A DNA stretch of 64,000 nucleotides from a virus. Position 1 is the stretch's first letter. The number at the start of each line of letters is the position of its first letter. The position numbers and the translations under genes are program-made. Positions 37,140-46,579 of this stretch are shown in pieces. Where the stretch lies: positions 96,001 to 160,000 of the IMG/VR virus record IMGVR_UViG_3300042465_009257; one strand, given 5' to 3'. The notes under the pieces were generated by a model, which saw only the letters and a list, made by a program, of their open reading frames with translations, had not been told where the DNA came from and made no database searches.

Positions 37140-39200
37140 TTAAAGTTTATTGTAGTAAGTACTTAAGGAAACGTTTCTATTGAAGGCTCCTGTACCACCT
37201 TGAAATACTCCCACGTTTGTTGAATTAAGCGGAATGAGAATGATTTTTCCACTTGAAATCATAACCGCTCCATGAAAAGCACTAACTCCTTTGCCATGCG
37301 TTGGACCATCTGTATAAGTATTAGCAACTGGATCGTAAATTCCTATAGCTGTAGAATTGAAAGGGGCTAAAATAACTTTTCCACTTGGAGTTAAAACTCC
37401 TCCGATAAAAGCACTAGCCCCTTTTCCATGCGCTGGGCCATCTGTGTAAGTATTGGCAATAGGATCGTAAATGGCTATATTTGTAGAATTGAAAGGAACT
37501 AAAATAACTTTTCCACTTGGAGATAAAACCCCTCCGGCAAAAGCACTAGTCCCTTTTCCATGCGTTGGACCATCTATATAAGTATTAGCAACTGGATCGT
37601 AAATTCCTATATTCGTTGAATAATGAGGTATAAAAATCACTTTTCCGCCTGGAGTTAAAATACCTACAACAAAAGCATATATCCCTTTCCCATGAACTGG
37701 ACCATCTGTATAAGTATTGGCGACAGGATCATAAATTCCTATATTTGTTGAACTATGAGGTATTAAAATGACTTTTCCGCTTGGGGTTAAAATAGTTCCA
37801 ACGAAAGCTCCTGCACCTTTCCCGTGCGTTGGACCATCTGTGTAAGTATTAGCGACAGGGTCATAAATTCCTATAGTTGTTGAGTTCAAAGAATCCAAAA
37901 TAATTTTTCCATTTGGGGCTAAAGTTGCTCCTCCACCAAAAGCACTGGTTCCTTTCCCATGCGCGGGACCATTTGTATAAGTATTGGCAACAGGGTCGTA
38001 AATTCCTATATTCACTGAGTTTCTTGGAATTAAAATAACTTTTCCATCTAGAGTTAAAATGCCTCCAGCAAAAGCAGTAGCCCCCTTTCCATGCAACGGC
38101 CCATCCACATAAGCATTCGGATCAGTCGGCCCGGTCGCAATCGTCGCGTCAATACTCGCCTTGTAATCTGGCCAATACGTCGGCCCGACATCCCGCCAGT
38201 CAAGTACAACCGGAATACCATACTTTCCGCCCAAATAAAGCTCAACGTTCTGGCGGTCAGCGTCTGAAAGTGCGGTGGGGAAAACGAGGATTTCGGCAAG
38301 ATCTATGTTGGAGCATTGAGTGAATGCTGTTGAAGAAGGACAACCAATGGTAATTTCAATAGATGGGGTATCGCTTGTATTTCCATCTGTTTGAAAATTT
38401 GTAACTTGACCGTTAGCGCCTCCATTTATATATTGAAATAAATTAGAATTAGCATAATCCCATACTCCTGTATGAACAAAATACGAAGTTGGGCTGTCAT
38501 CAATAGAATCTAATCTTCCAAAAACATCTGCATCTAATCTGCGTCCACCACATGCAAGTTTTGTGGTTCCAAATCCTGAGCCAAAAAATGTTCTTGAGCT
38601 TGACGCACCTATACCATTTGTAGCAACAAATACTCCTTTATTATTTACAGAATTTGTTATGTATTTGTATACAGCTATGACTGTTGCTCCAGGTACGTTT
38701 TGTAACATTCCCAAGCCTGTAGTTAAGGACAGAAGATCATCAACCCCATCAAACCTTCTTACCTGCCGCCCATTCAGCGCACTCGTAATAATTGCTGGCC
38801 GACTCCCCGCCGTCGCTTGTGTAGCGTGCCTATTATTGCCCGAAATATCAGACCAAATTGAAACATCCGAACCTGTATCTGAAAGCCACAGTGCGGGCGA
38901 AAGAGAAAGGGGACTAAATGCCTCGGCGGATGACGCAAAAACATCAATATTAATCTGATTATAAGGATCTGGATTAATAATCTCAAATTTAAGATTAGAA
39001 CTTGGAAAAACAATAGACTGAGCGAAATTCCCTTTATAAGCTACTAGTCCAGCATAAATCCCAGAAGTCGCCCCATCGAAACTATAAGAAACTTTAACAA
39101 ATGAATTTGGGGAAAACGGGCCTGTTGAAGCCATAACACCTTTCGCGCCAGCAATTGTAGAAATTATCCCTGTCCCTGATGCTGAATTTAGTGTGATCAT
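37140..39200 (-). CDS. virion adhesin: MITLNS anchor + LamG-like domain + 7-blade beta-propeller
   Basis: WSDISGNNRHATQ...FDGVDD...AEILVF..ALS...ELYLGGKYG, followed by seven ~44-aa repeats. Confidence 0.75.
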   Translation of the reverse strand: MITLNSASGTGIISTIAGAKGVMASTGPFSPNSFVKVSYSFDGATSGIYAGLVAYKGNFAQSIVFPSSNLKFEIINPDPYNQINIDVFASSAEAFSPLSLSPALWLSDTGSDVSIWSDISGNNRHATQATAGSRPAIITSALNGRQVRRFDGVDDLLSLTTGLGMLQNVPGATVIAVYKYITNSVNNKGVFVATNGIGASSSRTFFGSGFGTTKLACGGRRLDADVFGRLDSIDDSPTSYFVHTGVWDYANSNLFQYINGGANGQVTNFQTDGNTSDTPSIEITIGCPSSTAFTQCSNIDLAEILVFPTALSDADRQNVELYLGGKYGIPVVLDWRDVGPTYWPDYKASIDATIATGPTDPNAYVDGPLHGKGATAFAGGILTLDGKVILIPRNSVNIGIYDPVANTYTNGPAHGKGTSAFGGGATLAPNGKIILDSLNSTTIGIYDPVANTYTDGPTHGKGAGAFVGTILTPSGKVILIPHSSTNIGIYDPVANTYTDGPVHGKGIYAFVVGILTPGGKVIFIPHYSTNIGIYDPVANTYIDGPTHGKGTSAFAGGVLSPSGKVILVPFNSTNIAIYDPIANTYTDGPAHGKGASAFIGGVLTPSGKVILAPFNSTAIGIYDPVANTYTDGPTHGKGVSAFHGAVMISSGKIILIPLNSTNVGVFQGGTGAFNRNVSLSTYYNKL
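37200..38112 (-). repeat. seven tandem ~132-bp coding repeats
   Basis: Consensus YTDGPTHGKG.SAF.GG.LTPSGKVILIP.NSTNIGIYDPVANT. Confidence 0.9.
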
Positions 39201-39253
39201 ACTTAACTTTGTTTATATTTTAAAATAATAAAAATGAGATTATTTAAATCTTT

Positions 39254-41221
39254 TTATAGCCCATTAATTATTGGCCGAATTACTGCCTCCAATAGAACTT
39301 GTCCCGCATTGGTAGGATTAGTCCCATCAGAATAGTAAGTAACGTTTGATGCGGCGGCATCTGGCCCCATTGTTGCATCTGCCGCAAAATTGGCAATAGC
39401 GTCACAATGGAGTCCTACCCAAGTAGTAAGTGTAGAGTTTGCTGTATTCCGCGCCGCATTGAATCCTACTGCCGTTGAAGGTAGAATTGTTCCCAAGACA
39501 ACAATCCAGCCAGCGGCGCGGCGTGCGTCAAGATAAGCGGCGAGATTAACCAGCCAAGTAGCAGTTCCAAGTGTAAGTAAATCATTTCTTCCAATCATTA
39601 CAGAAAGAATGAATTTCCGCCCAGCTACGGATGGCGGTAGAATTGCGTCTAATGTTGCGGCCCGTGCAGCCATAGTTGCAATTGTTGAACCGTTGAGAGC
39701 TACTACGTTACCAAATACGGCAGGCAAAGCATTCGCTCCAAATTTATGAGCATAAGAAGTTGCCCCAGAAGCCTGAGTAATACTATCTCCTTCTGCAACA
39801 TAGATTCGTGGAGCTGGAGTCGCCGTCAGCCCATTTTCAATAGCGTGGGTCGCGAGGGAAGAATAGGCGTTTCTTATTTCCGCATTCGATAATGCTCTAT
39901 TATAAAGGGCCATTCCAAAAAGTTTTAGGCCACTTGATAAAGTAGTATCAGTAACAATACCTACAAAGAAATCCCTGACCGTTTGTGCCGTAAGTGCTCC
40001 AGGAATTTGGAATAATAGAATATCATCCAGCCAGAACTGAGTTAAGGCACCATCATAAACGTGGGTAAAAGCATGATAACCTTTATTGAGTAGACTCCAG
40101 AGTCCAGCTTCATTAATGATAGCTGTTCCATTAATTCCTCGATATGGAGAATTAGAAACTTCTGTATAACCACTAAAATGCGTATAGTTTTGCATTTTAG
40201 AAATCCAGGCTTGATAGGCGCTTCCCGCGCTTACCTTGGAAACAAGGGCAATTGTAGTCGCGGCAGTAGTGATGAAACCACTTGCAAGTTGAATTTGGCC
40301 CCAGCCCACAGAGCTTAGATTTAATTCACTTCCAGAGCAGCTTGGGCGGGGGTCAAAGGCATTGCTCCCAAGATAAAGGTGCCCAGATGGAACGGACGGG
40401 CCAAGATCAGATGACCCAGCATAAAGTTCAAAATCACAAATATGCAGGACAGTTCCAGTTGACCCATTGAAAGAGCAGATTACCAACGCCGCAGTATTAG
40501 TAGGAGCATCTAAAGTAAATGTATAGTGAAAGCGTTGCCAGGCATTACTCGTAACCATCGTGCTAGATCGTGTAGCAGCATTATCTTTAGAAAAAGCAAA
40601 AGAATGATTACCAGTATTATGCCTTTTAGCATTAATGGCCATAGTATAGGTTCCCGCTGGAATATTATAACTTGCCTTTGGCCCCATAGACCAATTGGCC
40701 GCAGCATCTAATGTAGTAGCGTCAGAGCTTCCATCTGGAGCAATGGCGTTTTCATCTGTAATCGTTGCCCCACTATATTGCCAAAATGGGAAGGTATTAG
40801 AGAAAACTCTTCGCGGCGCGGCGAACAGATTAGAGCTAGTACCTCCTACAGAAATAGAATTTGGAATATAAGGGCGCGGATTTGCCTGATATTCGTCTGC
40901 ATACCAGATTCCAATTGCGCCAGACGGCATCATAGGCACTGATAATTCTGAAGAAACTATAACTTGAATATTAATATCATTATAAGAATCTGGATTAATA
41001 ATTTCAAATTTAAGATAAGACCCAGGAAAAGTAATAGATTGACTAAAATTCCCATTATAACTCACCAGTCCCGCATAAATATTAGAAAGAGATCCTGAAA
41101 AACTATAAGAGATTTTAACGCGAGAATTAGCACCAAACGAGCCTGTAGAAGAAATCATCCCAATCGCACCAGGACTTGTAGCAATCAGTCCTATTGGGGT
41201 CTCTGAATTTAATGTAATCAT
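39254..41221 (-). CDS. virion adhesin: MITLNS anchor + CBM/LamG-like + SGNH esterase-like domain
   Basis: SGNH blocks GDSIT, IGRND and DGTNP. Confidence 0.75.
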   Translation of the reverse strand: MITLNSETPIGLIATSPGAIGMISSTGSFGANSRVKISYSFSGSLSNIYAGLVSYNGNFSQSITFPGSYLKFEIINPDSYNDINIQVIVSSELSVPMMPSGAIGIWYADEYQANPRPYIPNSISVGGTSSNLFAAPRRVFSNTFPFWQYSGATITDENAIAPDGSSDATTLDAAANWSMGPKASYNIPAGTYTMAINAKRHNTGNHSFAFSKDNAATRSSTMVTSNAWQRFHYTFTLDAPTNTAALVICSFNGSTGTVLHICDFELYAGSSDLGPSVPSGHLYLGSNAFDPRPSCSGSELNLSSVGWGQIQLASGFITTAATTIALVSKVSAGSAYQAWISKMQNYTHFSGYTEVSNSPYRGINGTAIINEAGLWSLLNKGYHAFTHVYDGALTQFWLDDILLFQIPGALTAQTVRDFFVGIVTDTTLSSGLKLFGMALYNRALSNAEIRNAYSSLATHAIENGLTATPAPRIYVAEGDSITQASGATSYAHKFGANALPAVFGNVVALNGSTIATMAARAATLDAILPPSVAGRKFILSVMIGRNDLLTLGTATWLVNLAAYLDARRAAGWIVVLGTILPSTAVGFNAARNTANSTLTTWVGLHCDAIANFAADATMGPDAAASNVTYYSDGTNPTNAGQVLLEAVIRPIINGL

Positions 41222-41240
41222 AGTTAATTTTTATTATTAA

Positions 41241-42089
41241 TTAATTATATCTAATCGCCGCTCCATTGTATTGCATAGTTGATGTCGGCGAGATAAAATA
41301 ACAAATATCAATATTACCTATTCCCACATACATATTCGGCTGATCGTCGGTAAACACATCCAACTCTTGAATTTTAAAAGTTGAATTATCTATTATTCCG
41401 TAATCGGTCATTGCCTCCATCTCCGATTGATAAGTCCAATTTGGATCGTTTAGTCCATTGTATTGATTCATTACTGAGGTAGAAATCAAAGGAAAGATAT
41501 CTTGGCGGCAATTTCTTACGACATTCTGAAAACCAATAAGCTGCGATTCACTTCGCATCATGGCGATTAAACGAAAATTTATTTTAGCTTCTGTTTCGCC
41601 ACCAAGGCAATGATCAACATTCTCAGAGCGGTAGCTTTTAACGAAAACACACGGCGCAATAAATGATCTCGGCGGCAAAACGCCCGTCGCTGCTTTAAAA
41701 GTAGGATTTTGTAGATATTTGTCCCGAAAAATCAATTTAGCGTCTGGATCAGAACTGACATAGAAATTAATGTCGTTGACAGAAAAAGAAGTAGATAGTC
41801 CCGTAGCCACAGTCCCCGTTGGCGCAAGGAACCTTCCATTTTTATAATCGACAATTATATCAGAATACCCTGGAAGTCCCATGGGAACCGTCGCGCCAGG
41901 AATAGAAGAGTCATAAACGAAGCTGGCGTAACTAGAGCCAATCGCGGTTTTCTGAGTCCATTTCGGATCTGTATATTGTGTGAGCGCCGCCCCAGAAACT
42001 GTAGTAAAAGCCTGTAGCTCCGTCAGACAACGATAATTAAGAAACTCCTTTAGAGAAGACGCCAAGAAGTGATCGACCGTTTTAATCAT
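41241..42089 (-). CDS. putative tail terminator/neck protein
   Basis: Last neck gene; APCVFV...CLGG...NFRLIAM pattern. Confidence 0.5.
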   Translation of the reverse strand: MIKTVDHFLASSLKEFLNYRCLTELQAFTTVSGAALTQYTDPKWTQKTAIGSSYASFVYDSSIPGATVPMGLPGYSDIIVDYKNGRFLAPTGTVATGLSTSFSVNDINFYVSSDPDAKLIFRDKYLQNPTFKAATGVLPPRSFIAPCVFVKSYRSENVDHCLGGETEAKINFRLIAMMRSESQLIGFQNVVRNCRQDIFPLISTSVMNQYNGLNDPNWTYQSEMEAMTDYGIIDNSTFKIQELDVFTDDQPNMYVGIGNIDICYFISPTSTMQYNGAAIRYN

Positions 42090-42103
42090 TGTTTCAGGTT
42101 ATA

Positions 42104-42130
42104 TTACAGTTAAAAATAGAAAAAAGGAAA
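42104..42130 (-). promoter_or_regulatory. late promoter TTTCC-N17-TGTAA
   Basis: Perfect motif, 14 nt before the ATG at 42089. Confidence 0.75.
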
Positions 42131-42727
42131 TTATCTAAACTTCTTCATTTCGTCCTTGAAGGATTTTAAGATTGGAGTCAGCCACGGGCGCGATTGGAAT
42201 TGCCTGGCCCTGACAGGATTTTTGGATTGAATACCTTCCTGCGAAACGGACCTAGCTGGCATTTTGCGCGGGTATAAATAATAGTGCAAACCAGATACTC
42301 CTTTTTCAATCCCATCAACAATTCCGCCGCCGCCCTCCCAAGGCATTTGTAAAGTTTTCGTTCTAAAATCAGATAATTCAGGAATTTTTGTTGAAACTTT
42401 AACCCCGCCGCGAACTAAACGGCGCGAAACCTTTGGAACCATAATTCTATTAATAATTGATATGATTTCGGCGACAGGATCACTTCCGGCGGGAAGTCCA
42501 AGAAAACCAAATAATGTTCCATGAATGCCTCCCAGAATTGGGGAAGGATCAGGGTGATTAATCAACTCTTGGGTAACAGTATCGTTTATAATTCGATCAA
42601 TTAATTGGGCTTTAATATTTTCAAAAAAGATATGAGCAACCGTCAATTGTTCCCGCGAAATTCCCTTTTTGTCAACTTCCTTAAAGAATAAATTGACAAA
42701 TTGAGACGGGGAAGTTCTCCTGGCCAT
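42131..42727 (-). CDS. putative tail completion protein
   Basis: Basic protein with C-terminal RPWLTPIL; neck-module synteny. Confidence 0.5.
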   Translation of the reverse strand: MARRTSPSQFVNLFFKEVDKKGISREQLTVAHIFFENIKAQLIDRIINDTVTQELINHPDPSPILGGIHGTLFGFLGLPAGSDPVAEIISIINRIMVPKVSRRLVRGGVKVSTKIPELSDFRTKTLQMPWEGGGGIVDGIEKGVSGLHYYLYPRKMPARSVSQEGIQSKNPVRARQFQSRPWLTPILKSFKDEMKKFR

Positions 42728-43176
42728 TATGCAATTCTTTGAAGGGCGATTTGATAAATTTGGAAATCCTCCAAGACTCCGAGTTTACTCCACCCCTGTT
42801 CAATTGCGAATTGCTGTCCATCAAACTCAAAAGCTACGGCATCTTTCATAAACTCAAAAGCATCAGCTTCCACCTGAACTCTAATTCTATTATAAACAGC
42901 TTTGAACCTAATATTTGAATCGTCGCCCTTGATAAAATCACTGAACTCCTGCCGCTCCATATAAGAGACGCACGCTGGGAAATCAGAAGAGACAACAGTT
43001 GAAATATTATTATTGCCGTCAACTTCATCAAAATCCGCCATGTAGTTCGGATCATAGACGACGACTTCTTTTGCTTGGAGATAAAAACGGAAAGTCAGAG
43101 TTCTTTTAAAAGAATCAAAGATATTCTTATGAACCCTTGTTACCTGGGCGCGAAGTTCGGCGTCAAATAAATTCAT
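42727..43176 (-). CDS. putative head closure (stopper) protein
   Basis: Start reassigned to the ATG at 43176 (TAATG coupling, MNLFDAEL); beta-rich; synteny. Confidence 0.5.
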   Translation of the reverse strand: MNLFDAELRAQVTRVHKNIFDSFKRTLTFRFYLQAKEVVVYDPNYMADFDEVDGNNNISTVVSSDFPACVSYMERQEFSDFIKGDDSNIRFKAVYNRIRVQVEADAFEFMKDAVAFEFDGQQFAIEQGWSKLGVLEDFQIYQIALQRIA

Positions 43177-43703
43177 TAAGGATCGTATCGATAGAATTGA
43201 GAGAAAACCGTGGCACTCGTCATTGGGTCGCAAGGATTATTGCCATAAATCATATTTTGCCGGTCGCCGAAGATAATTTGAGCAGCTAGTGGTGATCCGC
43301 CTTGGTCATCATCGATTTGTTTAATTAATGCGGCGAGTCTTAAGTCACAGTCTTTAGCCAAGGAGCGATAAGTCTTGCTGCGCTCATTTCGGGAAACAAA
43401 ACGCATCCTTCCCTGCTGATTCATCTCAGACTCAACCAAGTCAAACTCGGCGACTCCAAGAGTATCCATCGCCCGCTTATTTAAATAATAGCAGGTAAAA
43501 ATTCCTTCATAAACCCCAGAGTGATCTCTTACAATAGTAGGAGTAATCCCTGATCCAGACAGCGCGTAATTTGTTCCAAGTGCCGCATTAAGGCGATAAG
43601 GATTATATTGTAGCCACGAGACAATCTGTCCAGTCGTGGAAGTCCCTGACTGGAGATTTTCCAGGATTCGTCCCGCCCATTCTGTCAGATCTTCAGAGGC
43701 CAT
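43176..43703 (-). CDS. putative head-tail adaptor
   Basis: Helical 175 aa following the capsid genes. Confidence 0.5.
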   Translation of the reverse strand: MASEDLTEWAGRILENLQSGTSTTGQIVSWLQYNPYRLNAALGTNYALSGSGITPTIVRDHSGVYEGIFTCYYLNKRAMDTLGVAEFDLVESEMNQQGRMRFVSRNERSKTYRSLAKDCDLRLAALIKQIDDDQGGSPLAAQIIFGDRQNMIYGNNPCDPMTSATVFSQFYRYDP

Positions 43704-44056
43704 TAAGATTTAAAGGTGCTGATGAATTTTTCGAAATTTTCGTTGATCTCGCGGGTTTCGGGCGAGACAGCGGAAAAAGATTGATCACTATATCGTTCAA
43801 CTGACCTGGCGGCGTCATCATAAGCCTTCATCATCCCTAAGGTTAACATGCGGCGTTCCCCAGATGGGCGCAAACCAATCTTGGAGGCATAATTGGATAG
43901 GTCACAATTGCTCATAGCCTTAATTTTGGCTTCATATTCGGCGCGAGTCTGACCCTCGAATAGATTCATTTTCTTTTTCGCCTGGGCGTAATCTAAGCTT
44001 AGAATTACTGGATTTCCAGTGCGCCCCGTGGCGACTTGATCGATTTTCTTTTTCAT
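43703..44056 (-). CDS. hypothetical protein (head completion region)
   Basis: 117 aa with its own late promoter. Confidence 0.65.
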   Translation of the reverse strand: MKKKIDQVATGRTGNPVILSLDYAQAKKKMNLFEGQTRAEYEAKIKAMSNCDLSNYASKIGLRPSGERRMLTLGMMKAYDDAARSVERYSDQSFSAVSPETREINENFEKFISTFKS

Positions 44057-44067
44057 CTTAATGGTGT

Positions 44068-44094
44068 TTACAGGAGTAATGAGAAAAAAGGAAA
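44068..44094 (-). promoter_or_regulatory. late promoter TTTCC-N17-TGTAA
   Basis: Perfect motif, 11 nt before the ATG at 44056. Confidence 0.75.
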
Positions 44095-44115
44095 ATTTAA
44101 TTTCCTAAAAATATA

Positions 44116-44150
44116 CAATAAAAAGGAGCGCCCTGTTTCCAGAGCGCCCC
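44116..44150 (-). terminator. intrinsic terminator after major capsid gene
   Basis: GGGGCGCTCTG-GAAA-CAGGGCGCTCC followed by TTTTTATTG. Confidence 0.88.
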
Positions 44151-44216
44151 AATCTTATTTTTATTCCCTACTCAAAGAATCGAGCGGGAGGTCATAGGAG
44201 GGGTGAACCCCCCTTA

Positions 44217-45341
44217 TTACCAGAGGAGACCGACGATAGCCTTGTCGAGACCAACCAACCAGCCTTCTTCGGTGAAACCGTAGTAGCCCATTTTCTCAGA
44301 GCGGGCAAGGTGTTGGTCATCAACCAGAAGCTGGAAGGTAGAACCGTTGGTATCAGCGTTGATCACGCGGGCGAAAGCACCGAGGGACTTGTCAATACCG
44401 ATTACGAGTTCATCAGTCGCCACGGTCCAAGCAGGAGCGCCGCCGCCAACCGCATTATACTTCTGGCGGAAGAGTTCGTTATAGACCTGACCAACGCCCA
44501 TTTCGTTGAGTTCGTGGAGGGTTTTACCGTAGATTTCGGTGGCACCACCGTTACGGTAGATTTCCATCCGCATTTCATCAGGAAGACCGAGAGCAGTGGA
44601 CTCAGCGCTATCAGGAACGCCAGTGGTGTTCATTGGGTTGTAGGTCATCTTGCGGATCTGTTCCATAGTCTCTGGGGAGATATAGAGATCAGTAAGACCG
44701 GAACCGGCAGAACGGGAGGTCCCGTTAGCCCAGGAACTGTTCAGGCGCTTGATTTTGGTCATCAAACGATTGACATCGTCAAGCTGGAACTGGCGGGCAG
44801 TGCTGTTGGTTTTCGCGGTTGAGGCGATAACGTGGGACTGATTTGCGGTACGAGCAGCGCCAAGGGCGTCAGCCAAAACCGTGAAGGCGTTGAACTGGCT
44901 CTTAACCATGATTTCGTCCATCAAGCGCATCAGGCCGCGCTCCACAACTTTCATACGAGCATCAGCGGCGTAGGACTTATTCCAAGCAATCGCGGAATCC
45001 ATACGGGAAGTCCGGAAGCGGAAGCTGTCAAAGCCAGAGATTTCGTTGTAAGCTAGACCACCGGGATAACCGTTGGACCAGACGCGGAAGGCACCTTCAC
45101 CGACTCCATAATAGAGATCGATTGGGATTTCAGGGACATCGCGGCCCGTATAAACTTCCACTTCCGTGAAAATATCGTTAGCGACATTGAGGGGTTCTAG
45201 AACACGGGAGAGGGACGAACTCATGATAGAAGCAAAAGCTTCTTGAGCGGCGTCGGCAACCGACTTGTTGGTGGAGCCGGAATCGCGGAGGAGTTGAAGA
45301 GTCTTCGCTTCCGCTTCCTTGGTTTTGAATTGAATAGCCAT
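44217..45341 (-). CDS. major capsid protein
   Basis: 374 aa after protease/scaffold and decoration genes; LTDLYISPETMEQIR and C-terminal GYYGFTEEG; strong codon bias; followed by a terminator. Confidence 0.85.
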   Translation of the reverse strand: MAIQFKTKEAEAKTLQLLRDSGSTNKSVADAAQEAFASIMSSSLSRVLEPLNVANDIFTEVEVYTGRDVPEIPIDLYYGVGEGAFRVWSNGYPGGLAYNEISGFDSFRFRTSRMDSAIAWNKSYAADARMKVVERGLMRLMDEIMVKSQFNAFTVLADALGAARTANQSHVIASTAKTNSTARQFQLDDVNRLMTKIKRLNSSWANGTSRSAGSGLTDLYISPETMEQIRKMTYNPMNTTGVPDSAESTALGLPDEMRMEIYRNGGATEIYGKTLHELNEMGVGQVYNELFRQKYNAVGGGAPAWTVATDELVIGIDKSLGAFARVINADTNGSTFQLLVDDQHLARSEKMGYYGFTEEGWLVGLDKAIVGLLW

Positions 45342-45367
45342 ATTAGTATTTTTTCAGGATTTGAAGA

Positions 45368-45970
45368 TTAGAGTTCAAGTTTGAAGAGGGCGTAACCATC
45401 AGCGTCAGCGCCTTCAAGGAACTTTCCAACGATTCCTGGGAAAAGGGTTTTATTATATACACAAGGAACGAGAGAGCCATTGTTAACATAAGCACCAGAG
45501 TTAAAAGCAGCGACACCAGTGATATTGTTAACAGAGAAGATTCCCTTGGTTACGATCTTGAGACCTTCGCCAGAGAGAACCACTTGGGCTTCATTGCGTT
45601 TGTCCCGACCTTGGTAAGCGTAGTTGACGCCATAGTCGTCATTTTCAACGCAGTCAACGAGGGTCATCCCGAGAACGACTTCACCAGAGTTCGCGGCGCG
45701 AACTTTATTCCCACCAATACCGAAACGGAGGGAGGTAGCGTAAACGGGAGCGTTGCCCCAATTGCCAAGAGCGCCAACGAAAGGAACAACAGGAGTTAAC
45801 CCAGTACCAGTGAGGTTGACATTAGGATTGCCGGATGACACCGTTACGGTGACAAAAGATCCCTTATAAAGAGGGATTGTGGTTGCGGAGTATAGTCCAT
45901 TGACTACATCATGTTCGGAGTACGAACGGAAAGCTTTCAAATCGATAGCTCTAGAGTGGGCGATTGCCAT
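45368..45970 (-). CDS. capsid decoration/cement protein
   Basis: 200 aa between scaffold and capsid genes; VLGMTL...VVLSGE..KIVTKG...VGKFL. Confidence 0.65.
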   Translation of the reverse strand: MAIAHSRAIDLKAFRSYSEHDVVNGLYSATTIPLYKGSFVTVTVSSGNPNVNLTGTGLTPVVPFVGALGNWGNAPVYATSLRFGIGGNKVRAANSGEVVLGMTLVDCVENDDYGVNYAYQGRDKRNEAQVVLSGEGLKIVTKGIFSVNNITGVAAFNSGAYVNNGSLVPCVYNKTLFPGIVGKFLEGADADGYALFKLEL

Positions 45971-46000
45971 TTTAGTTTAGTGTTAGTTGTTGATTATTAA

Positions 46001-46579
46001 TTAAGCCTTGATTTCGATTAAGTCCGATAAATCAAGAATATTAAATTTTGGTTTGTCCGCGAGATCTTGAGCATTTGGCAGATCTTCAACGGAAGCTTTC
46101 GCTTCTTTCATAAGTTCTGTAGCTTGTTCAATATTTACAGGAGTTTTTTCTTTCTCTTTACCCGCAAGGATAACGAGTCCGTCCTCTTGTTTCCAAGATT
46201 CAAAAGCCGCTTCATCTAGGTCACGGATTTGTTTGGCGATAAGGGAACGAAGTTTTGGATCTTCGACATTGTAAACCTCTGAAAGAGAGTTAAAACGTGC
46301 GTCAAAAATATCTTGAGCAGCTTGTGCGGCAGCTTGAGCTTCAACTTCGGCAAGACGAGCGGAAAGCTCTTCAAACTTGGCTTTGGCTTCAGTAGCGTCG
46401 GAAAGAGCAGCAGCAAGGCTGGCTTCACTTTCAGCTTTCAAAGTTTGTTCAGTGACGTAAAGCTCATTGGCCTTAGCGATCTCCGAAGTAATAAAGTCAC
46501 AGACGGCCTTGGACGCGAACGCCTCGGAGTCTACTCCTTCAATTGCGGCGATAGCCGATTTTAGATCTGTAATTTTCAT
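46001..46579 (-). CDS. nested in-frame scaffold protein (192 aa)
   Basis: In-frame ATG (MKITDLK) 17 nt downstream of an internal perfect late promoter. Confidence 0.65.
   Translation of the reverse strand: MKITDLKSAIAAIEGVDSEAFASKAVCDFITSEIAKANELYVTEQTLKAESEASLAAALSDATEAKAKFEELSARLAEVEAQAAAQAAQDIFDARFNSLSEVYNVEDPKLRSLIAKQIRDLDEAAFESWKQEDGLVILAGKEKEKTPVNIEQATELMKEAKASVEDLPNAQDLADKPKFNILDLSDLIEIKA

Noticed and set aside
37200-38112. CRISPR array or diversity-generating retroelement
   Set aside because: The repeats are in-frame protein repeats without spacers. No reverse transcriptase or adenine-specific template/variable pair was seen.
15475-42089. Contractile tail sheath gene
   Set aside because: No sheath-like protein was recognised next to the tail tube gene. 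One outside the window cannot be excluded.
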